This document shows positions 52,572 through 61,633 of a DNA stretch of 64,000 bases, piece by piece. The translations under genes were made by a program, and so were the position numbers. Under the pieces are notes generated by a model that saw only the letters and a program-made list of their open reading frames with translations, was not told where the DNA came from and searched no databases. The DNA comes from Candidatus Babeliales bacterium. Its GTDB lineage: Bacteria; Babelota; Babeliae; Babelales; JANWKD01. How positions within the stretch are numbered: the stretch's first letter is position 1; every line of letters begins with the position of its first letter. Location: assembly GCA_963722075.1 (NCBI GenBank), contig CAVRJM010000001.1, positions 640,001 to 704,000 of the forward strand, written 5' to 3'.

Positions 52572-53159
52572 TTATGACTTCTGAGATACTTGCGCAATCT
52601 TCCTACCCAAAATAACGTAAAAGCACACAGCAACAATAACATAGGTTATTAATTCAATTATATGAACGCGCAATAACCCTGCTCTCATGACGGCGTTTGA
52701 TATAGCCATAGTCGCTCCTGGTTTGTTCATAATTATACTATTAATTAAATTAGAATCGGTTGCAGCTGCATAAGCAGTTTTATTAAGAAACAGTATGAGA
52801 AACAATCCAAAAATAATCCACAGTAACAAACCAATTGAAAAGAACACGAGTATTCGTACGCCTACGGGGAATCCCAAACAGATAAACCGTTCAATAAAGT
52901 TTTTATTATCACCTTGTTTATTAATAATAAAGCAATGATATATTCCCCAAACGGTAACCCCAACAATAATGCCAAAAAAGAGTGATTGAATTAATACTTC
53001 AGTATTAGTTACTGGCATAAATTGTATAAACCCAGGACCATTCATAAGCGAAAAAAGCTGCAATAAGGTGGTTGCTAATAAATATTTCATTTTTTCATAT
53101 TCACTAATGGTTCCCGCTTTTAATTCTTGTACTAAGCCATCAATATTCCAAAAATACAT
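52572..53159 (-). CDS. Hypothetical membrane protein (4 TM)
   Basis: MYFWNIDGLVQELK..., NKQGDNKNFIERFICLGFPV; GGAGG RBS. Confidence 0.7.
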   Translation of the reverse strand: MYFWNIDGLVQELKAGTISEYEKMKYLLATTLLQLFSLMNGPGFIQFMPVTNTEVLIQSLFFGIIVGVTVWGIYHCFIINKQGDNKNFIERFICLGFPVGVRILVFFSIGLLLWIIFGLFLILFLNKTAYAAATDSNLINSIIMNKPGATMAISNAVMRAGLLRVHIIELITYVIVAVCFYVILGRKIAQVSQKS

Positions 53160-53174
53160 ACTAAGCCTCCACAA

Positions 53175-53372
53175 TTATTTAGGATAGTTCTTACATTCAG
53201 CACATGCTTGGTCATTATACATATAACAACCATTGCAATACTTACAGCATTCAGAAGAGACCGCATGGCCTGATTGACAACATTCAGCACAATCAATAGT
53301 TTCATAAGGACATTCAGCAATAAGTGCGCCAGTAGAAACTGCTAAAAGAAAGAAATAAGATATCATTTTCAT
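53175..53372 (-). CDS. Small secreted cysteine-rich peptide
   Basis: RBS GAGGTG; signal peptide; 10 Cys in ~46 mature residues. Confidence 0.7.
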   Translation of the reverse strand: MKMISYFFLLAVSTGALIAECPYETIDCAECCQSGHAVSSECCKYCNGCYMYNDQACAECKNYPK

Positions 53373-53591
53373 AATTCACCTCTCATTTTAAATAATATTA
53401 TTTATATCAAATAATATATTTTTACCCAGCTGCTTCCCTGTTAAAAAACAATTTCCCTTATTATAGTTTACTAAATTTGATTTTCAGATTGCAACAAAAT
53501 ATATAATAATTAACTCATTTATCCCAAGGCATTCTTGATAAATAAGATAACTTGCAATTTAGATTAATAAAGGATTTTTATAGCTCACTAC

Positions 53592-54713
53592 TCATTTATT
53601 TAAATTAATGCCATTTTTTTTAGCCCACTTACTAATCTCATTACTAATATCGTTATAGTTATTTTTTCGTGCATTATCATATGCTTTTTGTAATACAGTA
53701 CCATCTGTAGTACCCGGATCAGCATAATCAAGGATTAATGTTACCAACCTCCTATTATTATTTTTAACGGCTAAACTTAAAGCAGAATCTCCCTCAGCAT
53801 TTTCTTCGGTACTATCTGCTCCATACTCTAATAATAGTTCAGCTATCTTATATTTATTTTCATCAAAATAATAAACTACTTGTGCCGCAATAATCATTAA
53901 TTTAGTAAATTCATTGTTGTCTTCTTGATTGGGATCAGCACCATAATGTAATAATAATTTTACTATCTGAGGATTCTCAGTAAAAAATAAATATGAATTA
54001 CCAATTGAAGTACGTGCGGTAACATCAGCTCCATAATCAATCAATAATTTAATAATTTGATAGCCTCTATTGAGATTTATCGATAATGCGCGTAGTAAAT
54101 CTGATTCATCTATTCGTGCGCCATGTTCTAATACCATTTGAATGAACGGAATATTTGCTTTTTCTATTGCATAATTTAATAGTGATTGTTCGCTTGAAAA
54201 TGGTATATTTCTAATTTTTATCCTAGGCAATTTTAGTTTAACTAAATCTAGTCGATCATTAATTACTGCTCTTAGTAAATCGTTATAGTTCTGATATTCT
54301 AATTGAATATAGAATAATATATTTATAAATTCTTTCGGTGCATTTTTTTCAAACAGTAATGCACTAAGTGTACCCAATTCTTTTAAGGTAACTTCTTTAC
54401 CACGCATTATTCTCTTAAAAACAGATTTTGCTATTTTACCTTGGACATATTCCCATTTTAATAATAAATCAAAAGACCGTGAGGACTTGCTGGTAGCTCG
54501 TAAAAGCGTAAGCTCCTTAATAAACGTTTTAATTTGATCGATTGTTTCAATTTTTTTTGGCATTAATCCTTTTATAATCTGTAATAATATAATTTCATGC
54601 ATTGCACTTAATTCGGGTGATTCTTTTTGACCAACTTCAGCTATCGGTGCCTCCATACTATTTAAACAAGAGATTCCGAGAATAATACCCAATAAATAGC
54701 ATTTTTTATCCAT
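53592..54713 (-). CDS. Secreted ankyrin-repeat protein with possible N-terminal F-box-like motif
   Basis: Repeated LL.YGAD, GDSALSLAV; LSAMHEIILLQII...LRATSKS. Confidence 0.85.
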   Translation of the reverse strand: MDKKCYLLGIILGISCLNSMEAPIAEVGQKESPELSAMHEIILLQIIKGLMPKKIETIDQIKTFIKELTLLRATSKSSRSFDLLLKWEYVQGKIAKSVFKRIMRGKEVTLKELGTLSALLFEKNAPKEFINILFYIQLEYQNYNDLLRAVINDRLDLVKLKLPRIKIRNIPFSSEQSLLNYAIEKANIPFIQMVLEHGARIDESDLLRALSINLNRGYQIIKLLIDYGADVTARTSIGNSYLFFTENPQIVKLLLHYGADPNQEDNNEFTKLMIIAAQVVYYFDENKYKIAELLLEYGADSTEENAEGDSALSLAVKNNNRRLVTLILDYADPGTTDGTVLQKAYDNARKNNYNDISNEISKWAKKNGINLNK

Positions 54714-54820
54714 AAAAATCCCTTTTTTAAAACAATCTTTCCTAATTATATATCTTATAACAATTAATTTTCAAAATGCAATATTTTTATTATAATAAAA
54801 ATATGTTATTTTCAGCATTA

Positions 54821-54850
54821 TTGACAAATATGATAATAGAAAGTTATACT
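54821..54850 (+). promoter_or_regulatory. Putative sigma70 promoter
   Basis: TTGACA-N18-TATACT, then AGGAG RBS. Confidence 0.55.
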
Positions 54851-54895
54851 AAATTATGAATTTAAGCCGTTAAATTCAAACTACAGGAGTATATT

Positions 54896-55414
54896 ATGAA
54901 ACGTTTAGTACCTATATTATTTATTTTTATCTCGTTATTTCCTCTATCTTCTATAGATGCTCGAGGTTTTGGCAGCAGTTTTGGGGGTAGTTTTTTAGGC
55001 GGTTTTAGCGGAAGCCTTATTGGTAATGCTATGAGCCAACCACGTCAACAACCCCGTGAATGTTATCAACAGCCCGTTTATTATCAACAACCAGTGCAAA
55101 CTCGCGTTATTGAACGTCCCATATATATAGAAAGCCCATCAAGAAAACGCAAACGAGGATATGAGGAAGAAGATTCTTATATTGCAAAAAAACGTCGTAC
55201 TCAATCTCAAGAAGAAGATCTTATACGCGAACAACGATTGCTAGAAATTCAAGAACGCAATAAAGCTATCGCACCAAAAATTGAACTAGAGAAACAAATA
55301 CAAGAATTGGAAATTCAAAAAAAAGAATTAGAGTTACAACGTGCACAAGCAGAACTTGAAAAAACTAAAGCCGAAAATGAACGCTTACGAATTGAACTAA
55401 AACAAAAGTCATAA
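54896..55414 (+). CDS. Secreted protein: Gly-zipper-like segment, basic NLS-like motif, coiled coil
   Basis: Signal peptide; GFGSSFGGSFLGGFSGSLIG; RKRKR-x10-KKRR; E/K/Q-rich helix. Confidence 0.75.
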   Translation: MKRLVPILFIFISLFPLSSIDARGFGSSFGGSFLGGFSGSLIGNAMSQPRQQPRECYQQPVYYQQPVQTRVIERPIYIESPSRKRKRGYEEEDSYIAKKRRTQSQEEDLIREQRLLEIQERNKAIAPKIELEKQIQELEIQKKELELQRAQAELEKTKAENERLRIELKQKS

Positions 55415-55523
55415 GATTTAAATCTTTTTGACAATCCCCCTTTTTGTGCAGTAATGTAATCAGGAGCAAATGCAGAAAATAATAAGTAGCTGAGCCAAAA
55501 AGTTAAAATGATATTACTTTTAG

Positions 55524-55834
55524 CCTGGATCAGCCTTCGCTCTTGGTAGAGCTACGGCGGACGCGGTCCCCACGCCATGTCCGACATAGCCCTCGGGCGA
55601 CGGCGAATGCGCTCGGGACGACAATATTTCAAATTAAGTCAACGTCGTTGCGAGCTTGTCGAAGCAATCCAGTATTTAAACTTTTGAATTCAATACTTTA
55701 AATGCATTTACCCGGTAATTAACAAAAAATTATTGCAAACAACAAATGTCATTCCGAACGAAGTGTGGAAATCCATTAATATGAATTCTCATTTTATTGC
55801 TGGATCCTCACGTCGCTTTGCTCCTCAGGATGAC
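55524..55834. repeat. Cluster of four REP/RPE-like arms, first arm with two nested modules
   Basis: Arms at 55524-55622, 55644-55672, 55748-55780, 55800-55834; the last is the reverse complement of 52527-52561 with 3 mismatches. Confidence 0.8.
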
Positions 55835-55855
55835 AAGGTCAAGAGGGAGATTTTT

Positions 55856-57334
55856 TTGAGCATTTATTTTCTTATCGTTCTATTATTTTTATCCCCCTTT
55901 ACTATCTATTCCCGTACTTATCATGATCAGCGCTGGGATTGGAGCACCATTGATCTTTCCCCAATTATTTTCCCTCGCAATTTTATTATCGGAACCGCTG
56001 CTTCTGCAATGCAAACTGAAGGAATCGTGACGGTGAATAACCAAAACACCATTAATAGCTGGACGGTTTGGGAATCACAACATATCTTTAAAGACGGTAT
56101 TTTACAACCTCGTTTTGAAGCAAAACGCCGCGTCGGTGCCGCTTGTGATCATTGGAATTTATATGGAGTTGATTTTCAACTTGCTGCTGAAATTGGGATA
56201 AAAGCACACCGATTCTCTCTTGAATGGAGTAAAATAGAGCCACAAAAAGGAGTTTTTGATGAGCAAGCAATGCAGCATTACATTGATTACACCTGGGAAT
56301 TAATAAAAAATAAGATTATTCCTATCCCAACTCTTTTCCATCATACCTGGCCATTATGGTTTGATTATCCTGATCAGGATAATCATGAAAAAAATCCTCG
56401 CAAACCAGGCTTTCAAGACTCACGTAATATTGCTGATTATGTGGAATATGCGATCTATGTTTTTACTGCGTATCAAAAAGCAGGCTTACTTAATTATGTA
56501 AAATTATGGCTTACCTTTAATGAACCCGTAGCGCACACTCTTGCCGCGTATATTTATTCAAAATATCCTCCGGGCAAAAAGTATCGCTTCAGATTATGCG
56601 GTATTGTAACCAAAAATATGCTTGATGCACATATTGCAGTATATGAAGCATTTAAAAGCATCGATCCAACAGTTAAAATAAGTTTTGCTCATATGATGCA
56701 ACCAATTCAACCATACCATACGTGGAATCCGTTAGATCAACTCCCCGCTATCATTTTTGATTACTTACTAAATGATGTTGCACTTCTATATTTTAAAACG
56801 GGCTATTTCAATTGGATGTGGCTTGTGCGCGGATTTAATGAAAATGCCCGTAATAAACTTGATTTTATTGGCGTTAATTATTATACCCATACCCTATTAA
56901 AAATGTTTAATGAAGCTACGCGACCTGATGAACAATTATCAGATCCCTATGATGATAAACAAGGAAAAGCGATATATGCAGAGGGCCTTTATTATTCTCT
57001 GCAAAAAGCAGCACAATTAAACGTACCAATTATCATTACTGAAAATGGTTTTGCCACTGACGATAAAGATCTGCGTGAAGAATATATCCGAAAACATCTC
57101 TATGTAATCTTGAAAGCAATGGAAGAAGGTATTGATATTCGCGGCTATTTATTTTGGACACTTACCGATTGCTTTGGCTGGAATAGCGCTCTTCATAGTA
57201 AACACGGTATTTTTAAAGTTAACTTTGAAACGCAAGAACGCATTTTAAAAGAAAGTGCACAATGCCTCATTGATATTATAAGAGAAAGCGTTCAATCACC
57301 AATTGCAATTGAGCCCTTAACACCGTTATTTTAA
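55856..57334 (+). CDS. Glycoside hydrolase family 1 protein (signal peptide)
   Basis: TTG start after GAGGGA; RFSLEWSKIEP, TFNEP acid/base, ITENG nucleophile. Confidence 0.9.
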   Translation: MSIYFLIVLLFLSPFTIYSRTYHDQRWDWSTIDLSPIIFPRNFIIGTAASAMQTEGIVTVNNQNTINSWTVWESQHIFKDGILQPRFEAKRRVGAACDHWNLYGVDFQLAAEIGIKAHRFSLEWSKIEPQKGVFDEQAMQHYIDYTWELIKNKIIPIPTLFHHTWPLWFDYPDQDNHEKNPRKPGFQDSRNIADYVEYAIYVFTAYQKAGLLNYVKLWLTFNEPVAHTLAAYIYSKYPPGKKYRFRLCGIVTKNMLDAHIAVYEAFKSIDPTVKISFAHMMQPIQPYHTWNPLDQLPAIIFDYLLNDVALLYFKTGYFNWMWLVRGFNENARNKLDFIGVNYYTHTLLKMFNEATRPDEQLSDPYDDKQGKAIYAEGLYYSLQKAAQLNVPIIITENGFATDDKDLREEYIRKHLYVILKAMEEGIDIRGYLFWTLTDCFGWNSALHSKHGIFKVNFETQERILKESAQCLIDIIRESVQSPIAIEPLTPLF

Positions 57335-57398
57335 GCGCTCTAATTGTATAAACCGCTATTATATGGTACTATAAATATGATTTTCTTATTTAAATCAC

Positions 57399-58943
57399 AT
57401 GGAGGTTTTCTTGAAAAATAAATTCTATTTGCCAATATTGGCTGGATTCCTTTCAACTTCTCTTTTTTCTATAGGCGTTAATGATTTTATTCCGCGCCTG
57501 GATTTCTTATATGAAGAACGCTTTGATTGGGATTCTATTGATACCAAAGCAGTGCTCTTTCCTGAAAATTTTATATGGGGAACTGGTGATTCAGCCTTTC
57601 AAACAGAAGGTATTGTAACGGCCAATGGAAAAACTATACAAAATAGCTGGACTGCCTGGGAAGAACAAATGATAGTTAAGAACGGAATCACCCAACCGCG
57701 CACCCCCGAAGGAAAAAGAGCAGGAAAAGCCTGTAACCGCTGGCATCTTTTTAAAGAAGATATCAATCTTGAAAAAGAGCTGGGGTTAAATGCACACCGC
57801 TTTTCAATTGAATGGAGTAAAATTGAGCCTCAAAAAGGTGTTTTTGATGAAGCTGCCATGCAACATTACATCGATTATGCCCGTGAAATGATTAATAACG
57901 GCATTCAACCAATACCAACCCTGTGGCATCACACCTGGCCCCTTTGGCTTCCTGATGGATTTGAAACTGAAGAGGCAAAAGAAGAATTTGTTATTTATGC
58001 CCTTTATGTAATCAATGCATTCAAAGAAGCTGGATTACTTGATACGGTTAAAATATGGCTTACGCTTAATGAACCAATTGGTTACGTTATGGCAGCTTAC
58101 ATTCAAGGCAAATATCCGCCCGGTAAAAAATATTACTTTGATTTATGTGGTAAAGTAGCAAAAAATTTACTTGATACACATATTGCCGTCTATGATGCAT
58201 TTAAAAAAATTGATCCATCGTTACAAATAAGTTTTGCACATATGATGAATCCTATGCAGCCTTACCATCCATGGAATCCACTTGATTATTTTCCTGCAAA
58301 AATTTTTGATTTTATTACCAATGATGTTGCACTCGAATATTTTAAAACAGGGATCTTTCATTGGTTAAATCTTTCTAATTTACCCGATTTAACGCCATAC
58401 AATTTCCTCAAAAAAATTATTAACTTAGATATTTCGTTAAGTGTATTTACCAAACAATATAACCCGCAAGCGATTGGCAAAATCGATTTTGTAGGCGTAA
58501 ATTACTATACGCATACCTTACTCAAAATGTTTGCACCCTCTGCTCGCCCTGATGAAAAATTAGCAGATAATTATCCAGTCCCTATGATTAAAGCAATGTA
58601 CCCTGAAGGCTTTTACGAATGCCTTAAAAAAGCATCGCAACTTAACCTTCCTATTTTGATTACTGAAAACGGGTTCTCTGCAACTGACTCTTTACGCGAA
58701 GAATATTTACAAAAGCATATATACATAATATATAAAGCACTACAAGAAGGTATGGATATCCGCGGATATCTTTTCTGGACGCTTACTGATTGTTTTGGCT
58801 GGAATAGCGGGCAACATAGCAGGCATGGTATATTTGCTGTAGATTTTAAAACACAAAAAAGAACATTCCGCCGCGGCGTTCAATATTTAATTGATGTAGT
58901 GAAATATAAATCGTACGCACCGCCGATTGCGCCATTAGCATGA
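57399..58943 (+). CDS. Glycoside hydrolase family 1 protein (signal peptide)
   Basis: RFSIEWSKIEP, TLNEP, ITENG; start may be TTG 57411 after GGAGG. Confidence 0.9.
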   Translation: MEVFLKNKFYLPILAGFLSTSLFSIGVNDFIPRLDFLYEERFDWDSIDTKAVLFPENFIWGTGDSAFQTEGIVTANGKTIQNSWTAWEEQMIVKNGITQPRTPEGKRAGKACNRWHLFKEDINLEKELGLNAHRFSIEWSKIEPQKGVFDEAAMQHYIDYAREMINNGIQPIPTLWHHTWPLWLPDGFETEEAKEEFVIYALYVINAFKEAGLLDTVKIWLTLNEPIGYVMAAYIQGKYPPGKKYYFDLCGKVAKNLLDTHIAVYDAFKKIDPSLQISFAHMMNPMQPYHPWNPLDYFPAKIFDFITNDVALEYFKTGIFHWLNLSNLPDLTPYNFLKKIINLDISLSVFTKQYNPQAIGKIDFVGVNYYTHTLLKMFAPSARPDEKLADNYPVPMIKAMYPEGFYECLKKASQLNLPILITENGFSATDSLREEYLQKHIYIIYKALQEGMDIRGYLFWTLTDCFGWNSGQHSRHGIFAVDFKTQKRTFRRGVQYLIDVVKYKSYAPPIAPLA

Positions 58944-60538
58944 TGACTATTAATAAAACCTGGATCCTTACGCATTCGCTCAGGATGACATTTTGTCATT
59001 ATGAGGAGCATATGCGACGTAATAATCCAGTTATAAAAAGATATATTCCATATTTTTTATTTTTATTGGCATTTACTAGTACTTGCCAATCAAAAGTAAC
59101 TGATTATATTCCAGAAACAATCAAAGCCCATCCTTATACCACCGCATTGTTCAGCACCGCAGCATTAGGAACAACTTATTGTGCATATAAACATTTTTAT
59201 GGTTATGAGCCACGCTGGGATTGGGCGACTATTGATAAAAATACCCAGGTAATGGCATTTCCAGCAGGTTTTTTATGGGGAACCGCCTCATCAGCATTGC
59301 AAACTGAAGGAATAATAACAGCAGATGGTAAGACAATTAGTAATAGCTGGACTGCTTGGGAAGATCAAAAAAATATTCCTAACCAAAATAGAATGAATAA
59401 TGCCTGTAATCATTGGAATCATTATAAAACAGATATTACATTAGCAGCAGATTTATCGATGAATTGTTATCGATTCTCTATTGAATGGAGCAAAATCGAA
59501 CCCGAGCGTGGTGTTTTTGATAGAGCGGCAATGGATCACTACATCGATTATGTTAAAGAATTAATCGCACAAGGATTAGCACCCATGCCGACTCTTTTCC
59601 ATCATGCATGGCCACGGTGGTTAAAAAACGGTTTTGAAACTACAGAAAGTATTGAAGCCTTTACTGAATTTGCTCTTTATGTATTTAATGCATTTAAAGA
59701 AGCAAATTTACTAGAACATATTCCTTATTGGCTCACCTTTAATGAACCTGCCGGATACGCTTTAGCAGCATATATGTCGGGTATGTACCCTCCGGGCAAA
59801 AAATATTGCATTAAACTTGCTGGTACGGTATTAAAAAATATGCTTGATGCACATGTTGCTGTATACAATGCCTTTAAAGCCATTTATCCAAATACTCAAA
59901 TTAGCTTAGCACACATGATGCACCCTATTAAACCATATGACCCGGTAAATCCGGCTGATTTATTATTGGCTGGCTTAATGGATTATCTGCTTAATAATGT
60001 TACCCTTACTTATTTACATACGGGAAAATTTAATTGGGCATATCTTATTAATGAATATAATCCTCAAGCAAAAGGCACCTTAGATTTTATAGGGATCAAT
60101 TACTATTCGCTCACTTTATTACATAACTTTCATGAAGCAAAACGGCCTTATGAATTATGCGCTGATGGCGATGAAGGAGCGCACGGCAAAGTTATTTACG
60201 CTGAAGGCTTTTATACATCATTAAAGCGTACACAAACATTATTACCAAATATTCCTATTATCGTAACGGAAAATGGATGCGCTACAAATAATACCCAAAT
60301 CAGAGACCTGTATCTAAAACGGCACTTATATGCAATGCATAAAGCGATGCAAGAGGGCGTTGATATTCGCGGATATTTAGTATGGACGCTTACTGATTGT
60401 TATGGATGGAATAGTGGGAACAATAGTAAATATGGTATGTATTACATCGATCGCACTACCAATAACAGAATACTAAAAGAAGGTTTTGAATATTTTCTTA
60501 ATGTAGTATATAAAAATCGTTATTTTGCGCTCGAGTAA
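58940..60538 (+). CDS. Glycoside hydrolase family 1 protein (signal peptide and membrane anchor-like segment)
   Basis: FLWGTASSALQTEG, TFNEP, VTENG; start either 58940 (coupled) or 59012. Confidence 0.9.
   Translation: MMTINKTWILTHSLRMTFCHYEEHMRRNNPVIKRYIPYFLFLLAFTSTCQSKVTDYIPETIKAHPYTTALFSTAALGTTYCAYKHFYGYEPRWDWATIDKNTQVMAFPAGFLWGTASSALQTEGIITADGKTISNSWTAWEDQKNIPNQNRMNNACNHWNHYKTDITLAADLSMNCYRFSIEWSKIEPERGVFDRAAMDHYIDYVKELIAQGLAPMPTLFHHAWPRWLKNGFETTESIEAFTEFALYVFNAFKEANLLEHIPYWLTFNEPAGYALAAYMSGMYPPGKKYCIKLAGTVLKNMLDAHVAVYNAFKAIYPNTQISLAHMMHPIKPYDPVNPADLLLAGLMDYLLNNVTLTYLHTGKFNWAYLINEYNPQAKGTLDFIGINYYSLTLLHNFHEAKRPYELCADGDEGAHGKVIYAEGFYTSLKRTQTLLPNIPIIVTENGCATNNTQIRDLYLKRHLYAMHKAMQEGVDIRGYLVWTLTDCYGWNSGNNSKYGMYYIDRTTNNRILKEGFEYFLNVVYKNRYFALE
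58959..59030. repeat. REP/RPE-like inverted pair overlapping the 5' end of the third GH1 gene
   Basis: CCTGGATCCTT...CTCAGGATGAC and GTCATTATGAGGAG...AATCCAG. Confidence 0.75.
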
Positions 60539-61621
60539 TTATTGCTTTAACTCACATTCAATAATTGATACCAATGATTCAGTTTTATATACATTCGTTA
60601 TCGTGAGACCAGCTTTATGAATAATATTCTTATACGCCTCATAAGTGCGTTCGCCACCACCAAAAATAGCAAGTAATAACAGGTCAACCTGTGCTAGCAA
60701 CTTTGATTTATCGCTCACTTCATTAGTAATAAGTGCCTCAATAATTAGCAATTTATTTGAAGAAGACATAGTAGCAGCAATATTACGTAATATCCCTAAT
60801 GCTTTTTCATCATCCCAATCATGAAGAATTCGTTTAAGAATAAATAAATCGGCATTAATTGAAATAGGCTTAAATAGATCCAATGCATGAAGTGAAAAAC
60901 GATCTGAAAATGAGTCCGATAAACAATGCTTTTCAATTACTTCAGGAAGATCTGCCAAAATGACCTGTGCCGTATTATGCTCTTTTAAAATTTTATTTAG
61001 CATTCCTCCGCTACCACCACCCAAGTCCGCAATTATAGGAAAATTACCAAATGTGTATTTGCTCACAATATCTTTTTCTTCAAAATCTGAAATTACTTTC
61101 ATTGCGTTATTGAAACGCTCATTCAATACTGGATGTAAAGCAGTATAAGAAAAATAAGACATATCATATATTTCATCAAATGCTGGTTTTCCTGTTGTAA
61201 TCGACAATTTAAGATTTCCTAAAGCATTCCAACGCGTTTCATCTTCGTGAAGCAATAATGGTTGTACCGTTTCAGGATGATCAGAACGCATATATGCTGA
61301 TCGTTCAGAATTATGGTACTGATTATTATCATCACAATAAAAAATATTATAGAGTTGTAGAAGATGCATTAATCGACTTAATGCATCTTCGTTTGTTTGA
61401 GTTTTTATGGCTAATTCATGAATTGTGCATGGGCTATCTGCTAAAATATCAGCAATTGCTAAATCAGCAGCTACATACAGTACCCGCTGTACAATAAATG
61501 CAGTTGAAATATCTTGAAAAAAGTGATGATGATTCTCATTTGATGCTGATATAGTTAACCATGATTGTGTGCTAAATATGCAAAAAAATAATATGTTCTT
61601 TATATTCATTGATATATTCAT
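60539..61621 (-). CDS. SAM-dependent O-methyltransferase with dimerisation domain
   Basis: VAADLAIADIL, FNNAM, ADLGGGSG, DLPEV, KRILHDWDD, GGERT. Confidence 0.9.
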   Translation of the reverse strand: MNISMNIKNILFFCIFSTQSWLTISASNENHHHFFQDISTAFIVQRVLYVAADLAIADILADSPCTIHELAIKTQTNEDALSRLMHLLQLYNIFYCDDNNQYHNSERSAYMRSDHPETVQPLLLHEDETRWNALGNLKLSITTGKPAFDEIYDMSYFSYTALHPVLNERFNNAMKVISDFEEKDIVSKYTFGNFPIIADLGGGSGGMLNKILKEHNTAQVILADLPEVIEKHCLSDSFSDRFSLHALDLFKPISINADLFILKRILHDWDDEKALGILRNIAATMSSSNKLLIIEALITNEVSDKSKLLAQVDLLLLAIFGGGERTYEAYKNIIHKAGLTITNVYKTESLVSIIECELKQ

Positions 61622-61633
61622 TTTCGTTATTAA

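Noticed and set aside
52460..52642. 60-aa minus-strand ORF
   Set aside because: Overlaps the membrane gene's 3' end and reads through a repeat pair; no independent support
55428..55493. TTGACA plus AGGAG-ATG mini-ORF MQKIISS upstream of the GH1 cluster
   Set aside because: Seven codons, short SD spacing, no attenuator-like codon bias; cannot be told from chance
55524..55834. Possible CRISPR array or tRNA
   Set aside because: Arms are inverted, variable and irregularly spaced; no cas genes; no cloverleaf or TTCGA arm in tRNA context
55733..55855. N-terminal extension of the first GH1 ORF
   Set aside because: Runs through two repeat arms from a TTG without RBS; TTG 55856 has GAGGGA and gives a clean signal peptide
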